In this document: positions 35,193-49,870 of the stretch, one piece after another
How positions within the stretch are numbered: the stretch's first letter is position 1
How the letters are laid out: each line of letters opens with the position of its first letter
Assembly: GCA_905178155.1 (NCBI GenBank)
Contig: CAJINV010000001.1
Location: 11,577,832 to 11,641,831 of the forward strand
DNA: 64,000 nt
Reading direction: 5' to 3'
Origin: Amoebophrya sp. A120
Taxonomy: Eukaryota; Protista; Dinoflagellata
Made by a program: the position numbers and the translations under genes
Notes under the pieces: generated by a model
Database searches by the model: none
Told to the model about the DNA's origin: nothing
The model's input: only the letters and a program-made list of their open reading frames with translations

Positions 35193-36517
35193 CCGGCAAT
35201 CTACAACGGGAAAAGAGGTAAGCCCAGGTAGTGAGGTCGTGGCGACGATTGGTGACTGCCTTCCCCCGCCTTAGGAGCTTAAGTTTGTCAATATTGCGCT
35301 CGGGTCTGGCAGCTGTGACCCTGCCTCCAGGGCGGTAAGGAGGCAAAGAAAGTCGAAGTGGTACGGAGGCCGCGCAGAGGCCTCGATTCGTGGTTGTGAC
35401 AGACAAAATCTTTTTTTGCCTAGAAGTTCGGCCTCGAAGCACCGGCAGCTGCAGGTGCAGCAACAATGAAAAAAATACCCGTATCGAGATCTACATTATT
35501 GTATTGGAAGTGGCACGTGAATATGTTTTTTTTCTCTTTATTCACACTTCTTTTTCAATACGGTCCGGTGGTAGAGTCCTCAATATTCGCCCTCTCCTCG
35601 TTGCACCCGTTTGAAATCTCAACATTTTGATTTTGTACAAATTGAAATATCCGCCACTGCCTCGTCATGGAGTATGAAATTGTATTTACTTTCTTTCCTT
35701 ATTTTTATCGTTAACATCATGAGATGGTGTTGGAAAACAGACAACCAAGAGAAGAGCCTAAGTAGAGTACTGCATCCCATGCGGATCTAATTCGATTCGA
35801 TAAACTTAAACACAAATTACGGTTAACTATAGGAAGACCCTTGCTGATGGCATAGTAGGATACATAGAATTATGCTCCCGGGTCGTCTACATTCCTTTCC
35901 AGTTCAGCTTCCATCTTTTTTGAGGTTGGTCGTTCACTCTCTCTCAACACGTGTGACGAGGTGGAGTTTGAGGAAGCAACGTATCAGAATGGCAACGGGA
36001 GCAAGAAAACCAACGAACCGTGTGAACAAAATTGATCCAAACAATGTCGCACGGCACCTTTCCGCTTGCTCGACGACCTCCACAATTTCTTCAGAATGAA
36101 GACGAGCTCTAGTTCAACTTCAAACATGATGCAGACATATCAATTCAAAGGGTGGCGCTACTTATGAAGACACCATGATTTTGTCAATCGCTAGTGTACA
36201 GGCTTGCTTGAATGCTCTTGTCCAAACACGATGTAACAGAATTTCCTTGCTGAATAGGCTAGTTGTAGATGCCATCGATGAAACTTGCCTTTTTCTAGTT
36301 TGTTTACGTTTAGCCTCAACAGTTGCAGCTCATAATTGTACATTTTGTGATTGTGAGATTGCCGTGAAACAATCGAAACGATTGGCAGAATTCCAGTACG
36401 AATACGAATAGAAACGAATGATTTAGTTTTCAATGCGTTAGCTTGGGATGATGTAGTCAGTTACTGTAGTTTATTGGACGACATCCTTGTAATATTAGCT
36501 GGCACTTCTCCTCAACG

Positions 36518-39500
36518 TTATTCCCCAAGTGGAGAATTCCCATTTCTCACCACTGCATTTCCGTCGAGGGGGCTATCCCCAACTGTTTCTTGAAGGGAAT
36601 GCAGCAGCAGCTCGCTTTTGCGGATGACCACGTCCAGGTCCGATTGCTCTTGCTCCGAGTAGTCGTCCAAAGGACTCAGCTCACTCAGCAAATCTGGCTC
36701 TTCGGGGGGACCTGGTGTTCAAAACATATTTCTTGACGCGTTTCGATTCATTTTGTCTTTGACATCGATCATCCTCCAAAAACAAAGCTACAGTACTGTA
36801 CTTGAACTTGTGTCGTTGCCAGCTGCAGGGCATCCGATCTAAGTACCATCGACCTACACAAGAAAACGAAATCGAAAAGCGTCTATCAGTCAATACAAAA
36901 TTTCACACCACATGCAGATGCAGCATGACGCAGTGCGTTAAACGCACTCGCACGGACTACAAGTATAATAGATCATAAGTATTTTTTGCTAACACTTATA
37001 CCTACTTCCTCCGGGAGACCTGGCTTGTTGAAAAGAATTGAAGCCCCATCGACCTCGTCCTCCCGTTTCATCTGTCCAGTGACACACTCCTTAATTTTGT
37101 CCTCGAGCTGCTCCCCAGTTGGCTTGGAGAGTTGTGTTTTCTGCCGCAATCGTGTCAGCATGGCATCGATCTCAGAAAACGGATTGGCTATTTGTTCCTC
37201 GGCAGATTTATTGTGCGGATCCGTTAGTGTGATGAGTTCTTCTGTTTTCTTCTTACCGGTTTTCTCCTCCTGCGCACCAGCTGCTGCAAATTCTTCTTGC
37301 ACCCATTTCAGCAGTTTGGTAGTTGCGGAACAAGCTATTGCTCCTGCTTCATCCTCAGGTTTCCTTTCCTCCTTCGTACCTGCTGTCGATCCCTTAGAGG
37401 TGCTATCTTTATTTCCGGCTTTGATCAGGTAGCGACGTTTTTGCTGCCCCACGTTCTCAACATCGGCATGTCTGGCGGTTGCGGCAGGTCGTGCCGATTT
37501 CTTTTCCAGCTGGGAGGTCGACGGCCCATGGGATGCCGCGGTGTGCTTTTTCGCAGACAACTGTGCGCTCGGCCGCTTTATTTTTGCCACAGAAGAATCT
37601 TTTCCGTTGTTCAGCATGGGGTCCAGAAAGAGCGGATCGTGCAACAGCTTTTTCAGCAGGCTGCTGTTTTCATCTTCTGCTGTGCGGCTCCGACTCAGCT
37701 GCAACCTTGCTTTTGCAATGTCGCGCTTTTCCTGCAGCTTGCCGATTCGTGTGCCGGCGAACGAGGTGAAATCCCGCGGCGGGGTCGTCGGTTTGGGTTT
37801 TTCTTTTGACGTGTGGGAAGATGCAGCTTTCGCTTTCCCCGTCGTGTTTGTTCGCCTTGCTGTTTGCGCTGACAGAACCGCACTAGTTGCTCTTGCTGCA
37901 GCGGTGCTAAAAGGTATTTTTGTAGCTTCTGTTCCTGCGAGACCACTAGCTCTATTGTTGTTGGTCGCTCCCTTATTCGGTTTCGCCCCTCCTGGCACAA
38001 GTGGCAACTCTCCGCGTCCCTTGTTCCAAAACCCCGCACCAGTGGTGGCGGTTGTGCGAACTTTTGCTTGCGAACTACTAGTGGGCTTTGGAATGTACGG
38101 AGCCGCGCTGGTTCTCTGTTTTGTTTTCGTTCCACCCTTGAGTACTGCTGAGGACGAAGAGGAGGAAGATGCGCTTTCCTCACTTTCCAGAACTGCTGGC
38201 GCCGCCGATAGTAATTCGGTATTTTCTGATGACGATGCCGACTGGTTTCTCCGGACGACACTGCTGCTCCTTGTCGGCGACGTTGACTTCACTTTTGCGG
38301 TGAAAACCGGTGGTCGCGGCTTGCACGAGCTGGAATTTCTTTCGTCGAGAGCAGGCTCTTCTTCTTGTTCGAATGGTTCGGCTGCTGGTGGTGCATTGTT
38401 TCGTTCGCCTTCCATCGCCGATGAGGGGGACGACGTGTGCAACCCTGCGCCAGCTGCTGGGTCTTCTTGACGCAAGGCAGAGGCGGAAATTTCGAAAGGA
38501 GCTCGTGCGCCAACACCCGTATCTTTCTGATCGCCGCCCACGTCCGACACTGCGCTCGAGCTACTCGGACTTCCCAGCGTCGACAGCGCGCTTTCTTCCC
38601 CCGCGTAGTCGGCCAGCGCGCCCTGGTCGAATTTCAACGCCGTTTCTTTTTTGATCAAGTCCGCAACCAGCAGACTAATCGCGGATTTTCCGGAGAATTG
38701 CGGTGATGCAGCTGTGGCGCCCTTCGGTGTCTTGTCCGTCGTACTGATCGCGTGTATCATGCTCGTTTCCTCAACTTCGCTCGTCCCGAAGGTGGACGCC
38801 ACTCCCTTGCTTTTCCGCTTCAAACTAGAGCCTCCTCCGGGCGGGAGACAGACTGATTTTATCTCTGTCCTCAACCGCCGCGCGCCCATCGGCGAATCCA
38901 GGACACTACCGATATTCACGGGTGAGTCCAGCGCTTGACCTCTCGCGGCGCGAAGACGTTGCGCACTCCCAGCAAGGACGTCCGCCGTTGCGGAAGACGA
39001 GGAGGACTGCTGAAGCCCTATCAACTCCTCAGAGGAGACTGGAACACTCTCAGTAGGGGAGGACGGCACGATTGAAACTTTGCTCGGCGTTCTCACCGAC
39101 TCCAAGTCATCCTTTTCGTTGTTTTCTCTTATTCGTCCCCGTGCTTGTTTCTCCTCTGGAAGTACCGTCGGTGGGGCTGAAAGGAGCTCCGCGCGACTTC
39201 TATCATTCCCACGCGGGGAAGCAGTGCCGAATACCGGCGATGGAGATGATTCGCGGGTGCCGTTGAGAAGTCTGCTGGCTGCCTCCCGAATATCAGCGAA
39301 CGGGCTGCGACTCTCGCTTGTCGTCTTGTGTGGAGTCCGCGTTCGCGCTGGTGAGCGAGATAGTGAGCTCAAGCGGATAACTGCAGAAGAAACTCCGCCT
39401 AGCTGCTGTACAACCCCGGTCCCAACATTCGGCGACTCTTTCGAAGAACTCCCAGATTCGAGCGGGATAGCTGCGTCGGCCACAAAATTTTCCCTGCTGT

Positions 39501-41360
39501 CCTTAGCCCCAGTCGGTGTTGCAGCTTGCGAAACTGCAGCGGATGCTGAAGCCGGCATTCGCTTACTGCTGAAAATGTTCGTGGCCTGCAGTGCGTACTT
39601 GGTTCGCGGAGACGTTAGATTCATGTGCTCTTCTTGACCGGCGCCGTCAGACCTACTCGAGTTGCTGCGGCTGCGATTTGTTCTCTGTCGCATTGTGCCA
39701 TACAATGCCGCGTTGGTCCTGCTCCGAGAAGAAACGGTTGCTGCAGAGGAACCCTGTGACAGACATTCCTCCACCCGAGATTGGTGATTTGCCAGAATCC
39801 GAGACATTCGCTCACGCGGACTGACAAGTTGGAGCTGCTCGTCCTCCTCGTAAACAATTCCGCCTTTGGCTTTGCCGCCAGGTCCGCCTTCCCTTTTAGG
39901 TTCGTCGTTCTTTGGCGAAGACGCAAGTTGTGGCTCAAGATGATGACCACTTGTTTCTTGTTCTGTCTGGACCTGCGAGTCTCGCACTTCCGCCTTCGGT
40001 TGTACTGCAGTTTGCATCTCTTCAGCCACAGCTTGCGGAAGACAAAATTGAACTGAGAGGTCCCGCTCCAGGTGGTGATTCCTCGGGGAACCGTTAGCGG
40101 TGCTCTCTTTGCTTGTCTCCTTTGTTTGCTCTCCAACTTGCTGATGACCCGCAACACGACCTTCGCGGTCGCGCGGCTCGGAAGCGCTCATGCTTTGTTC
40201 CCCATCTTGTTCATCCTCTCCTTCCTGCGCCAAATCAACGCGAGCGCGCCGCGCACGAATTTTTTGTTCCTTTCGCAGGTCCGGCGACACCCATGTGGCA
40301 AATGTCGTCCCACCAGACGTGATGTGCTGCGCAGGTCGTGTGTTTCGAATTCCCCGACTAGCTGCTGACGAGGATGCAACCGATCCAGCACTTCTTGTCC
40401 CCCCGACAGGTGCAGCTCCCGGTTGCTGGTGCCACTTGGAGATGGCGTGTGCAATGCTGTCAGAAGTTTTACTTTCCGCAGAAAAAACTTCGTGCGCACT
40501 GTTGTAGCCGCTGAGGCTTTCCGCCGCAGAAAGGTGAAGATGATTTGCAGCTGTTGTCCCACCTCCACTGCCGATCAATCGCCCTTCCGAATCGCTGGAC
40601 GCAGGGCCGAAACCAGAAACCGCATCTACTTCTGCAGTGTCTCGTCTACTTCTCGGGTTGAACACACTCTCGAGAATGGCTTCGGGACAGAACGGAACAG
40701 GTCGTGCCTTCTCGGGAGAAGCGGATAAAGCGCGCCGGTCCATGGTCACATTCAGGGAGTAGACGTTCTGAAACAAATCGCCGTCGTCTCCGGGTAAGAA
40801 GTTCCTCGCCCGTTCGGCGGCGGCCCGCTGTGCGGCCTTCGCTTCTTGCTCTGCTGCCGCTATTTTGAAGGACTCGGTTAACAGATCACGTTTGTACAGC
40901 AAGGGACTTTTCGAATCAGCAAAAAAAGCTGTAGAAATGGTGGCACCGGGGGGCGCTTGATGGAACCTGTCGTAGTTGAGCCATCAGTTGCTATGCCGGA
41001 AAAATTTGCCCCATTCTAAAGCAATGATGCAAAAGAGGAGGACTACACTATTTGCAACAAAACGAAAAGCAAAAATCACCTGGTCGGTTCCGCAGAAACA
41101 CCAGCAGATTCAGTGCCTGCGACTTGATTGAAAGTCGTCTCTCGGTTTGCACGCCGAGACTGCCGCGCTGCTGTTGATAGTGGGTTATGATCGGCGTTAG
41201 TACCCCCGCCGATGAGATTTCTTGAGAGGCGCTGATTGATAGCGCTAATGTCCGACACCAAGCTGTCGACATGGCGAACCGACTCTGCAGTCGAAGAATT
41301 CAGCGTATCAAGCATGTTGCGGCTCAGAAGCAGCGCTTCCGCGGGTTCATCTTCCGGCAT
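36518..41360 (-). CDS. large Ser/Ala/Lys-rich low-complexity protein (first exon from 41360, main exon ~40906-37005, 3' exons uncertain)
   Basis: 1309-aa ORF 36973-40902 plus an in-frame upstream exon MPEDEPAEALL... No recognisable domain. Confidence 0.7.
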
Positions 41361-42586
41361 TTTGATGCTTTTCCACCTAGAAGATATTGACGAGCTGGCG
41401 CGGCTCCGGCTGCCCCGTTTCTGTTTGAATAAGGTTGTAGTCGTAGCTGTGGAAAACGCAAATTGGGAAGCACTGACATTCAAATTCATGAGCGGGAGCA
41501 GTGTGCTGCACTCCTAAAAAAACAAAAATCGCGCGCTGTGCAAATAGCTAATCACGATCCTGCTTCACGAAGCGCATCCGTTAACGACTTCGAAATCTCA
41601 TTCGATCGAAACGAAATATTGCGAATCGCTACAACTACAACAGATTTCGCGAGACTTTCGATCTGTCCGAGTCCGCCAAGCTAATCTACTACTTCAACAG
41701 CGAAAGAGATGTAATAAAGCCGAGAAATACGAATGAGCGAATGAGCGTGACTGACATACGAGTGAGGAATCCAGAAGAACATCACTTCTCCATCAACGGC
41801 CGAAAGTGCTAGCGTTGCGCCGACATCTGGTACGTATTTTCCTCTTGTCCTTACGTGTGTGTGAGTGCGTTCCCCTTTTCGTCGCCTAGCAATGTTCAGT
41901 CCTCTAGTCTGCCTGGCTTTCGCCAATAGCCTCTGTTGGTTGGCATCGCTAGGAAGCTCATGGTAAAGCCCATCAAGAAGATCCAGATGTTGAATCTTAA
42001 AAACTAGAATCAAGCCACCTACAGGAGCCTTCATCTTTTCGCCCGTGTCCATGGAAAGGAATAAACGTAAACACGTAAACACACTTACTACAACACTCCC
42101 GGAACTATGTGAATATGGATATAGCGCTATTTGCTCTCTAATTGTGGCAGATTTTCTTGCTACCCGGTACTCCTCCTTCTGAGAACAAAACAAAAAATAC
42201 TTTGGGACAAGATACATTTCAGTGCGTGGTAAATACAGATATTGTGATGCGTAAAAAACAAGGTTATCAAGTGCGTTTTACTAGGACATGACCTACAACG
42301 AGTAGAACGGACACATCTCGTAAACCCACCTCGTCCAAATAAAATGTACATGGGATGTTGGTATCAAGTGTGAAGATTTTAGAGGAGAGCAAAAAATCTC
42401 CATCTCGATGTATCTTCCTCAGCCTAAAGGTGAAGAATTCAAAAGGTATGGTTGTGAACGAGGAATTGCTTCGCTGTCGTTTGTACTTTTTTCGTCGTGC
42501 TCCGGAAGAACAAGCGCTTCGTTCTTCATCATCACTACACACGACTACTGACACTACAAAGCTGCAAAACAAGTCTCCTCTTTAGG

Positions 42587-45500
42587 TTACACAACACTAA
42601 AAAGTGCTCGCTTCGTCGCCTTCGCTGCGACCGTTGCGACAAACGACGACGACGAGGAAGCGGCACTGTCGGCAAGGCCTTCCTCCGTTTCGTCGGCAGC
42701 CAGCATCGTCTCGGTTCCTCCGCGCAGGGCGACCGTGCTGGTGCTTTTCGCCCCCGCATCCGTGATGCAGCCCTTGACGGCGAAGGGGATTAGGGTTAAA
42801 ACCGCGATGACGAGAATCATGACAATGACAATCAAAATTCGGCGGATGAACGCGGAACGCGACGCCCGCTCTTCCGCCAGATGCCGTTGGTTTTCCAGGT
42901 GCGCGATTTGCATCTCGGCCTCCAGCTGGCGACCGGACGAGGACGCAGACCAGGAGCGGTCCAACGCACCGTAAGTTTGTTCCTGCTTCGACTGGTGCGC
43001 GTGCGCCAGTTTCGTCTGCTTCTCGATGTCGTCGGCTTCATTGACATTGTAGAAGTCCGCCCCAGCTCCTCTCGGAGACGCCTGCTCGCCCTCCGACTGC
43101 TTGCTCGGATGTTGTTGTTGCCGGCGCGTGGACACCAGCGTGGACTGTGTCGGCGGGCGGGTGACGAACAGACTCGCAAAGTGGTCCACCAGCATGTCGA
43201 TGCTCTGCCTTGCCGCCGCAATGAACGTCGGATCCTCTTCTGGTTCCTGCAGGTCGCGCCCACTGTACGGCTGGAAGTCGGGGTGCAGGGATTCGTCGAT
43301 CGCAATGGAGGTGTGGGACAACTCCCGCTCCTTCTCCTCGTCGGCTTCCGGCATGCGGTCAATGCCCCCGTCGCTCGCCTTAGACTTCGAAGCCTTCTTT
43401 AGCTCGTAGTCGGGCAGGAAATCGGTATTACCAACAGCTTCTACCGGGGCAGTTGCACCAGAGGTGGTGGAACCAGCTTTCTCCTCCTCGTCTTTGGTTT
43501 TATCTTGTTGTTGGGACGAAACGGGCGTGCCACCGAATCCAAACGAGGAGAAGGCCGCCAAGGAAGAGACCATGATGTCAGAGAGCGATCCGGGAGATTG
43601 CACATCGTCGCCCGCCGCGGAGCCTGACGCCGATTGCTCCGGCTCGCCCTCCGGCTCCAGTGGCGCGTTCCGTGCCGGGCTGCTGGCCTGGCTTGGAGCC
43701 GCTGCTTCCGACCCGGTCGTGGTGTGCTGCAAAACTGCGACATTCTCAATGTCGGTCGGAACCGTGCCCATTAAGGCATCAGCTGCAGCAGCAAGCGAGC
43801 TGCGGTTGTTCTCGGTAAGAACTGCCTGCTGTTCCGCGGTTGCTGTTCCAGCTTCTTCTGAGGAAATGCCAGAAGAGACATGCAAATCGGCGGAGCCCTC
43901 GGACCTCTTGGAGCCTTCTTTTTCGTGGTAGTCACCGACTTCCGCAATGCTGCTGGTGGTAAGGTCAACCTGCTGCTCCGACTGCTGTGCGACTACTTCA
44001 GCCGAAGCTGCAACACTTGAGTCAACAAGTGGTTCCTGCGTGTGTGCGCGAGCGGAATACTGCGATTGCATCAGAACGTCATCCTGGGTCTTCTTCGACA
44101 AGGAGACGGACGGAAACCTGGATGTCCCGACGCTTTGGTCGCCGGTCTTGTCGAATCGCGAGTGCATGACGCCGCGCATGTGCTGGCTCGGGGACGAGCT
44201 CAGTTCGTCGTCGTCCTTCGATCGGTGCCGTCCGCGGGGGGAGCCGTTGGAGCTGTACCGCTTGGACATCAGTTCGTGCACCAGGTCGTGATCCGCCGGG
44301 TCGACCGGAAATAGGTCAGGGTTGACCAAATCAACCGCGTGCTGCTCCGTGTTCCCCGCCGAGCTCCGCTCGTTGTATTCGTCTGACGAGGAGTTCGTTT
44401 TGGACGAGTCGCGACCCTTGGAAGTTGGCAAAACGTGCGCGCCCCCGAAGACCGCCACGCTCGGGCGCGAGGCCGCTTCTTTGGAGGTTGCCGGCGAAGC
44501 AGACTTCGGCGTCGAGGAAACCGATGCGATTTTGGCGGCTTTTGCAGCAAGCTTCTCCCTGTCCTGCTCCAGTTGCAGCCGCTGCTCTTTTTCGCGCTGG
44601 AGCGCCAGCTGCGCTTGCTCCGCCCGTTCTTGCGCCTCTTGCGCGATGCGGGCCTGTTCGGCCAACGCAGCCTGGCGCTCTCGCTCCGCTTTCGAAAGTT
44701 TCCGCTGCATGCTGTTCTTCTCCTCCTCGGCCTCGCGGTGAGCTTCCGTCAAACTGCTGTCGTTCTCGCGCTGCAGGCGCTTGCGCTCCTCCTCGAACTC
44801 CCGCTGTGCTCGCAGTTCAGCGTCGCGCGCACGGGAATTCGCTTCGGCCTGCAGTTCAGCACGGCGCATGACCTCGCCCGCGAGCCGGTCTTCGAGCTCC
44901 TGCTCCAAGCTGGCTTTCTCCTCGGCGAGTTGGCGTGCGTGTTCCTCCGCCGCAACCCGCGCGTCCTCGATTTCGCGCTGCTGCTGCGCGTACTGCTGTT
45001 CGCGGAGCCGCTGCTCGCGCTCGAGTTCCAGCCGTGCTGCCGCGTCCTCCTGGACCTTCGCCGCCAGTTCTCGCTCGGCGCGCTCCGCTTCCTCGGCGAC
45101 TTTCCGAGCGGTCTCCTCAGCAGCGATGTTCGCCACGCGCTCGCGCTCGGCTTCGATCGCGCGAGCGGCCGCGGCTTCGGCCTCCGCCTTCGCTTCGCGG
45201 ATGCGGGCGGCCATTTGGGCTTGTTGCTCCTGAATTTCCCTCCGCAAGTCGGCCTCCATCTTGCGCCGCTCCTCGGATTCGAACTTAGCTTGTTCCTCCG
45301 CGAGCTTGCGAGCCAGCGAATGCTCCCGCGCTTCCTGCTCGCGCTGGCGCTCATCCAGCAGCCGTCGCTCCTGGCGCAGGTTCTCTTCCTGCATGGCGCG
45401 CGCGTTTTCCCAGGCGACCCGCTCCTGCTCAAGTCGGTCCTCGTGCGCTTTCTGTCGGCGCTGCAGCTCGGCCAGGTCTTCCTGCAGTTTCTGCGTCTGC

Positions 45501-48500
45501 TCGGCGTTCCGCGCTGCGGATGCACGTTCGACCTGCTGCTGCTGAGCCTCGAGACGCGCACGCTCCTCAGCCAAGCGCCCCTTTTCCGCAGCCACTTCGG
45601 CAGCGGTCTGAGCCTCCAACGAGGCTCGGGTTTGTTGCAGCTGCTCCTCAAATTTCTGCTGCGCCTCATTGCGAGCCTCCGCCGACTGCTGCGCAAACTC
45701 CTGGCGTAGCTGGCTCCATTCCGCGCGCTGGGCCTCGAGGTGCGAGCGCTGCGTCCGTAACGCTTGCTCATGCTCCTCGCGCTCCTTTTCGAACTGCACC
45801 CGCTCACGCTCCATCTTCTCGGTGGCCTCTTGCAGCTCCTTTTCGTATGCGCGCTTCGCATCCGCTTGCTTCTGCGACGCAAGGTCCTCCGCAAGTTGAC
45901 GCAGCCTGTTAAGGAATGTGCGGTAAAACTTTCTTCAGGAAACATGATAAACGAAATTGCACAAAAGATTTGCGATAAGGTTAAGGAAAAATCGCATCGG
46001 CATTGTCGAAAAGATAAAGGCTCTATCTACCTGGCTTCCTCGTTCGCCCGCGTAACGCTGATCTCCTGTTCCCGCTTTTCGAGTTCCTGCTTCTTTTCAT
46101 GCAGGTCAATCAAAAAGTCCTCACGCTCCTTGCGGATCTTCTGCTCCAAGGATGTCAGCCGCTGGATGTCTTCCTCCCGCACCTGCAGCTCTTTCATGTA
46201 CTCCATCTGTTGCTGCGCTAGTTTGGTTTCGAACTCCATGCGAATTTCCATTCGGTCGGACTCGCGCCGGGACATTCGCTTCTTCTCGTCGCGGTCGGAA
46301 TCCTCCGAGCTCCGCCCGCCCTTCGAAGAGCTGGGGGTGATGGACACGGAATCCGCTTTCTGTCGACGAGAGGTCGGAGGCGGCTGCGATCCGGAAAGTC
46401 GCCTGGCTACGGAAGCGCTCAACGGATCATCGGCAAACTGGCTGGAACCAAGACCGTCGCGGACGTTCTGTCGAGGTAGAATATCAACATGATTGTTGGT
46501 TTTTGTGAGCTTCTACATGATACGGTCGACAAACTTCAAGAACTATTCTAACACGATATTACGAAACATGATCAGATGGCAAAACAAGCAAAAAACCGAA
46601 TCATTAAGTACCACATCATCCACAGACCGCTTCATCTGGTCCGACCCGATGTCCGACGAGGCGGAAGAACCGGACTTGGTGCCCGGAGCGGCCAAAAGCT
46701 GCGACCGGCGCTCGGCAATCATGCCCAGAATATCGCGCGACAGCGTGCGGGAATCGGACAACAATCGCGTTGCCTCCTCGTCCCCTAAACCCAGCAACCG
46801 CAGGTCGTCACTGGTCAACGCACGCTCGGAAGGTCGCTTTTTACTTTTCGCAGAGGCGAGCGACTTCTCCGACTTTTCCGACTTTCCGTCCGTCTGACTT
46901 GACCTGGGCTCCGTCTGCGGCGACGAATGCGGAGAGGACGACGTCGGTTCCCCAACACTAGCGATCGGGGACAGAACCTGTCGATAGGTGCTTCCCGGTG
47001 TAATGTTCTGCTCTCCCTCCGGAGCCACACGTGGCGAGGCAGCGGAGGACGTCGTGAAAGTCTGGTGGCTAATGTTTTCTTTACGAGCTTTCGCATCGAG
47101 AACAACATTAGAAGTAGTGCTGCCAAGAATCGAGGCGGTGTTTATTTCTTCTTGTTGCTGCAGCAGACTTCTTTCCTGTTCTGCCTGGGCCTGCCGGGCG
47201 GTGTTCATGGTCACCGTGACTTGTGTTTCCTCACCGGACGACGCTGCGGACGAGGACGGCAGCGGCAGTCGGACCTTCGGGGAAACGTTTTTCGGGAGCG
47301 GGCTCGCCCCCTGCGACAGCGACCGCGGCGACGACCGCGAGGAGCCCGAACTCCGGATGGACCTAGGGGTCCGCGACTGTCCACGGGACGACTGCAGCTC
47401 CTGCTGCGCGGCTCCTGCGTCCGCCTGCATCCTTTCGCTGGCGTAGCTGCGCGGTGTGGACCGACCGCGCCCCGACCGAACGGTGGACTTCGACGAGGCC
47501 GCGGCATTTGACAGCGGACCGGCGTTTGGTGCCTCGGAAGGCGTCAACGAGCCCGTGTTCACACTCCGCCGGCGCTCTTCGTTCACCCGGGCAGCCGCCA
47601 TGTTCAGCTTTTGAATCGCCGCGGCCACTGGACTCTGCGACCGGACGACTTTCGGGGTGGCACTAGAACTATTCCCGCCTTTCTTCGTGTACAGAGGGGA
47701 CTTCAGCTGCACCCTGGCTTTCGCAGTAGCGGTGAGCATTGTCAGGCGGGAGGACGGCCCGGCAGAAGTAGAGCCGCTCGCAGGAGCACCTGCTCTCTTA
47801 GGTGACACGCTCGAACTTTTCGACGGAATGACGCTCGCGCCGGCGGCCATTCGGCTCGCCTTCGCGCGGAGCAAGTACGCCGGACTCGCGCTCTTTGCTG
47901 CCGCGGCCTTGGCGGAGGCAGACAGCACGCGAGAAGTAGAAGAGGAACTACTCGGTGCTACCAGATTTTTCGGCGAAACGTCACCGCGAGTCGATGACAC
48001 ACTGCTGGTCGCAGTCACGCCGGCCGAAGTGGAACTCTTCGCGGCAAACTTCTGCGAGGCCGTCAGCCTCGTGACCAGAGATTTCAAATCCACACTGCTC
48101 GTTGCGGTTTGCGGTGCCACGCTAGTCTTCGACGTGCTCCGCGGCGACGTTGGCTTCGTGGAGGTGGAGGATGAAACGCCCTTATTCATCGATGCAGCAG
48201 CCCCCGTGGTCGAGTTGGTCCGTAACCCCCCGCTCAACCGGTTGATAACCGCCTGAATTCGGTTTGCCTTCTTCTCCGCGCGGAATTCTTCAAGTCTGAT
48301 CTGCTTGGACGCGGTGATATTCCGAACTCGTTCCAGCAGCGCCTCCTCGTCCACCCGCACCGGCGGCAGGCGGGCACTTCTGGTTCCGGATTTCGGGTTC
48401 GCTTTGACGACTTTTTTCGAGCCATCCCAAGTGGGCTTGCTCATGGACTTTGGTTTCGACTTCATCGTGCTGGCTCCAGCCTTTGCAGCCACGCCACCCG

Positions 48501-48699
48501 GTACGCGAGTTTTAGTCCCGCCCAACGCAGCAGCTTTGGCGCTTATTTTTTGCGAATGCTCGCTACGCTTACTCGCACTGGATCTGGGCGTATAGTTGGA
48601 AGACTGCAACAACGCGTCTGAAGCTCGCGATTGAAGCAACACGTCTTCATTATATGGCTGCGACTCCAGCAAATCGTCGTCCCGGTAATCCATGTCCAT
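42587..48699 (-). CDS. ~1900-aa coiled-coil protein with basic Ser-rich N-terminus and C-terminal transmembrane anchor; exons 48699-~46612, ~46468-46031, ~45905-42587
   Basis: Long E/Q/R/A heptad region and TM segment ILIVIVMILVIAVLTLIPFAV near the C-terminus. Two in-frame GT-AG introns. Confidence 0.8.
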
Positions 48700-49870
48700 T
48701 TTTAAGCTTTTGTTTGACTCAAAAACGAAAATGTATCAAATCAAAAGTGAATTCCTGCATGTCTTGTGAGCAGAGGACTCCCTCCACATCCTCTGCAGGC
48801 TTGCAAAAGGCAAAAGGTGTTCAGATACATAGAGATGGAAAATGTAAGCGAAAAAATCATGTGAATTCATGTGGGGAAAAAGAATGCGATGAAAAGATGC
48901 TAAAGACAAACATGGTCGCAAAAAATATGCAAAAACTCAATACGAATTCAAAAAAACGAGACAAAAAAGGGGTCCGCTGTTGTGCAATTTGACGATTATT
49001 CAATGATGCCAGCATGGTTTTGTCGCGAAAAAGCACGATCGACAAGAAGATGAAGACGCGTCCACGAAAATAGAAAAATGCACGATGGAATTACGACAAA
49101 TTTTGCTGCACGGCAACGATTGTTTCTTTTTTTGCGGTTTTGTTGCTTTGGACGATTAGGGAAACCAGGAATGCACGATCACAAGCCGACACTGATGCTG
49201 CTGTACGCACTTTATTGTCACGAACCGAAAAACTTTGCGAAAGGGAAAAACCGATGCCGGGATCTATCAGTAGGAAGTCACGACCGACAGAAATTTGCAA
49301 AAAATCGTTTCCGATAATTTTTGACTTTTACGAGTTCGCTGAGAGTTAGTGCCATGCTGTATCCACAAAAGAGCCACGACCGATGAATGTGAATCCAGAT
49401 TAATGTACCGAACGCGGCAGGCGACCCTATCAATCGTTTCGATCGGTCGCTTCTGCCGATCGCTGCCCTAAGCGTGTCAGCCAACTGCACACAGTTTCTA
49501 GCAGGAGCAGCTGCAGCGCCGGGTTCCTATACAATTTATCAAAATATCAAAGCGCGGTCCCAAAAGTCGCACTTGCCACAACTGCAAGGCGCTTTACTGT
49601 ACGTTTTTACCTATTCTGTGTCGCAATATTAAGACACGCAATCGAGACACGGCGCCGTGGAACCAGTGCTCGCTTTGTGACACACACAATGTGGAGTGAG
49701 ATTTGTGGTGCAAAAAAGAACTTCTGTTCTCTATGTATGGTGGCAGAAAGTGGTGAATAAAAACCGGTTTGAACCTGCTCTCGTGTAGCAGGGTTTTTCG
49801 CTTGCATCAAGTACAACTACTTTTCACTTGTTGTCCGCAAATTTCAAAACAACCGATGTTTTTTCGACTG

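Noticed and set aside
39925-39940. TGGCTCAAG spliced-leader-like match
   Set aside because: It is a short match on the antisense strand of a coding exon, consistent with chance.
41681-42217. 178-aa minus-strand ORF
   Set aside because: It is AT-rich, has no domain signal and has no convincing exon structure; likely UTR or spacer.
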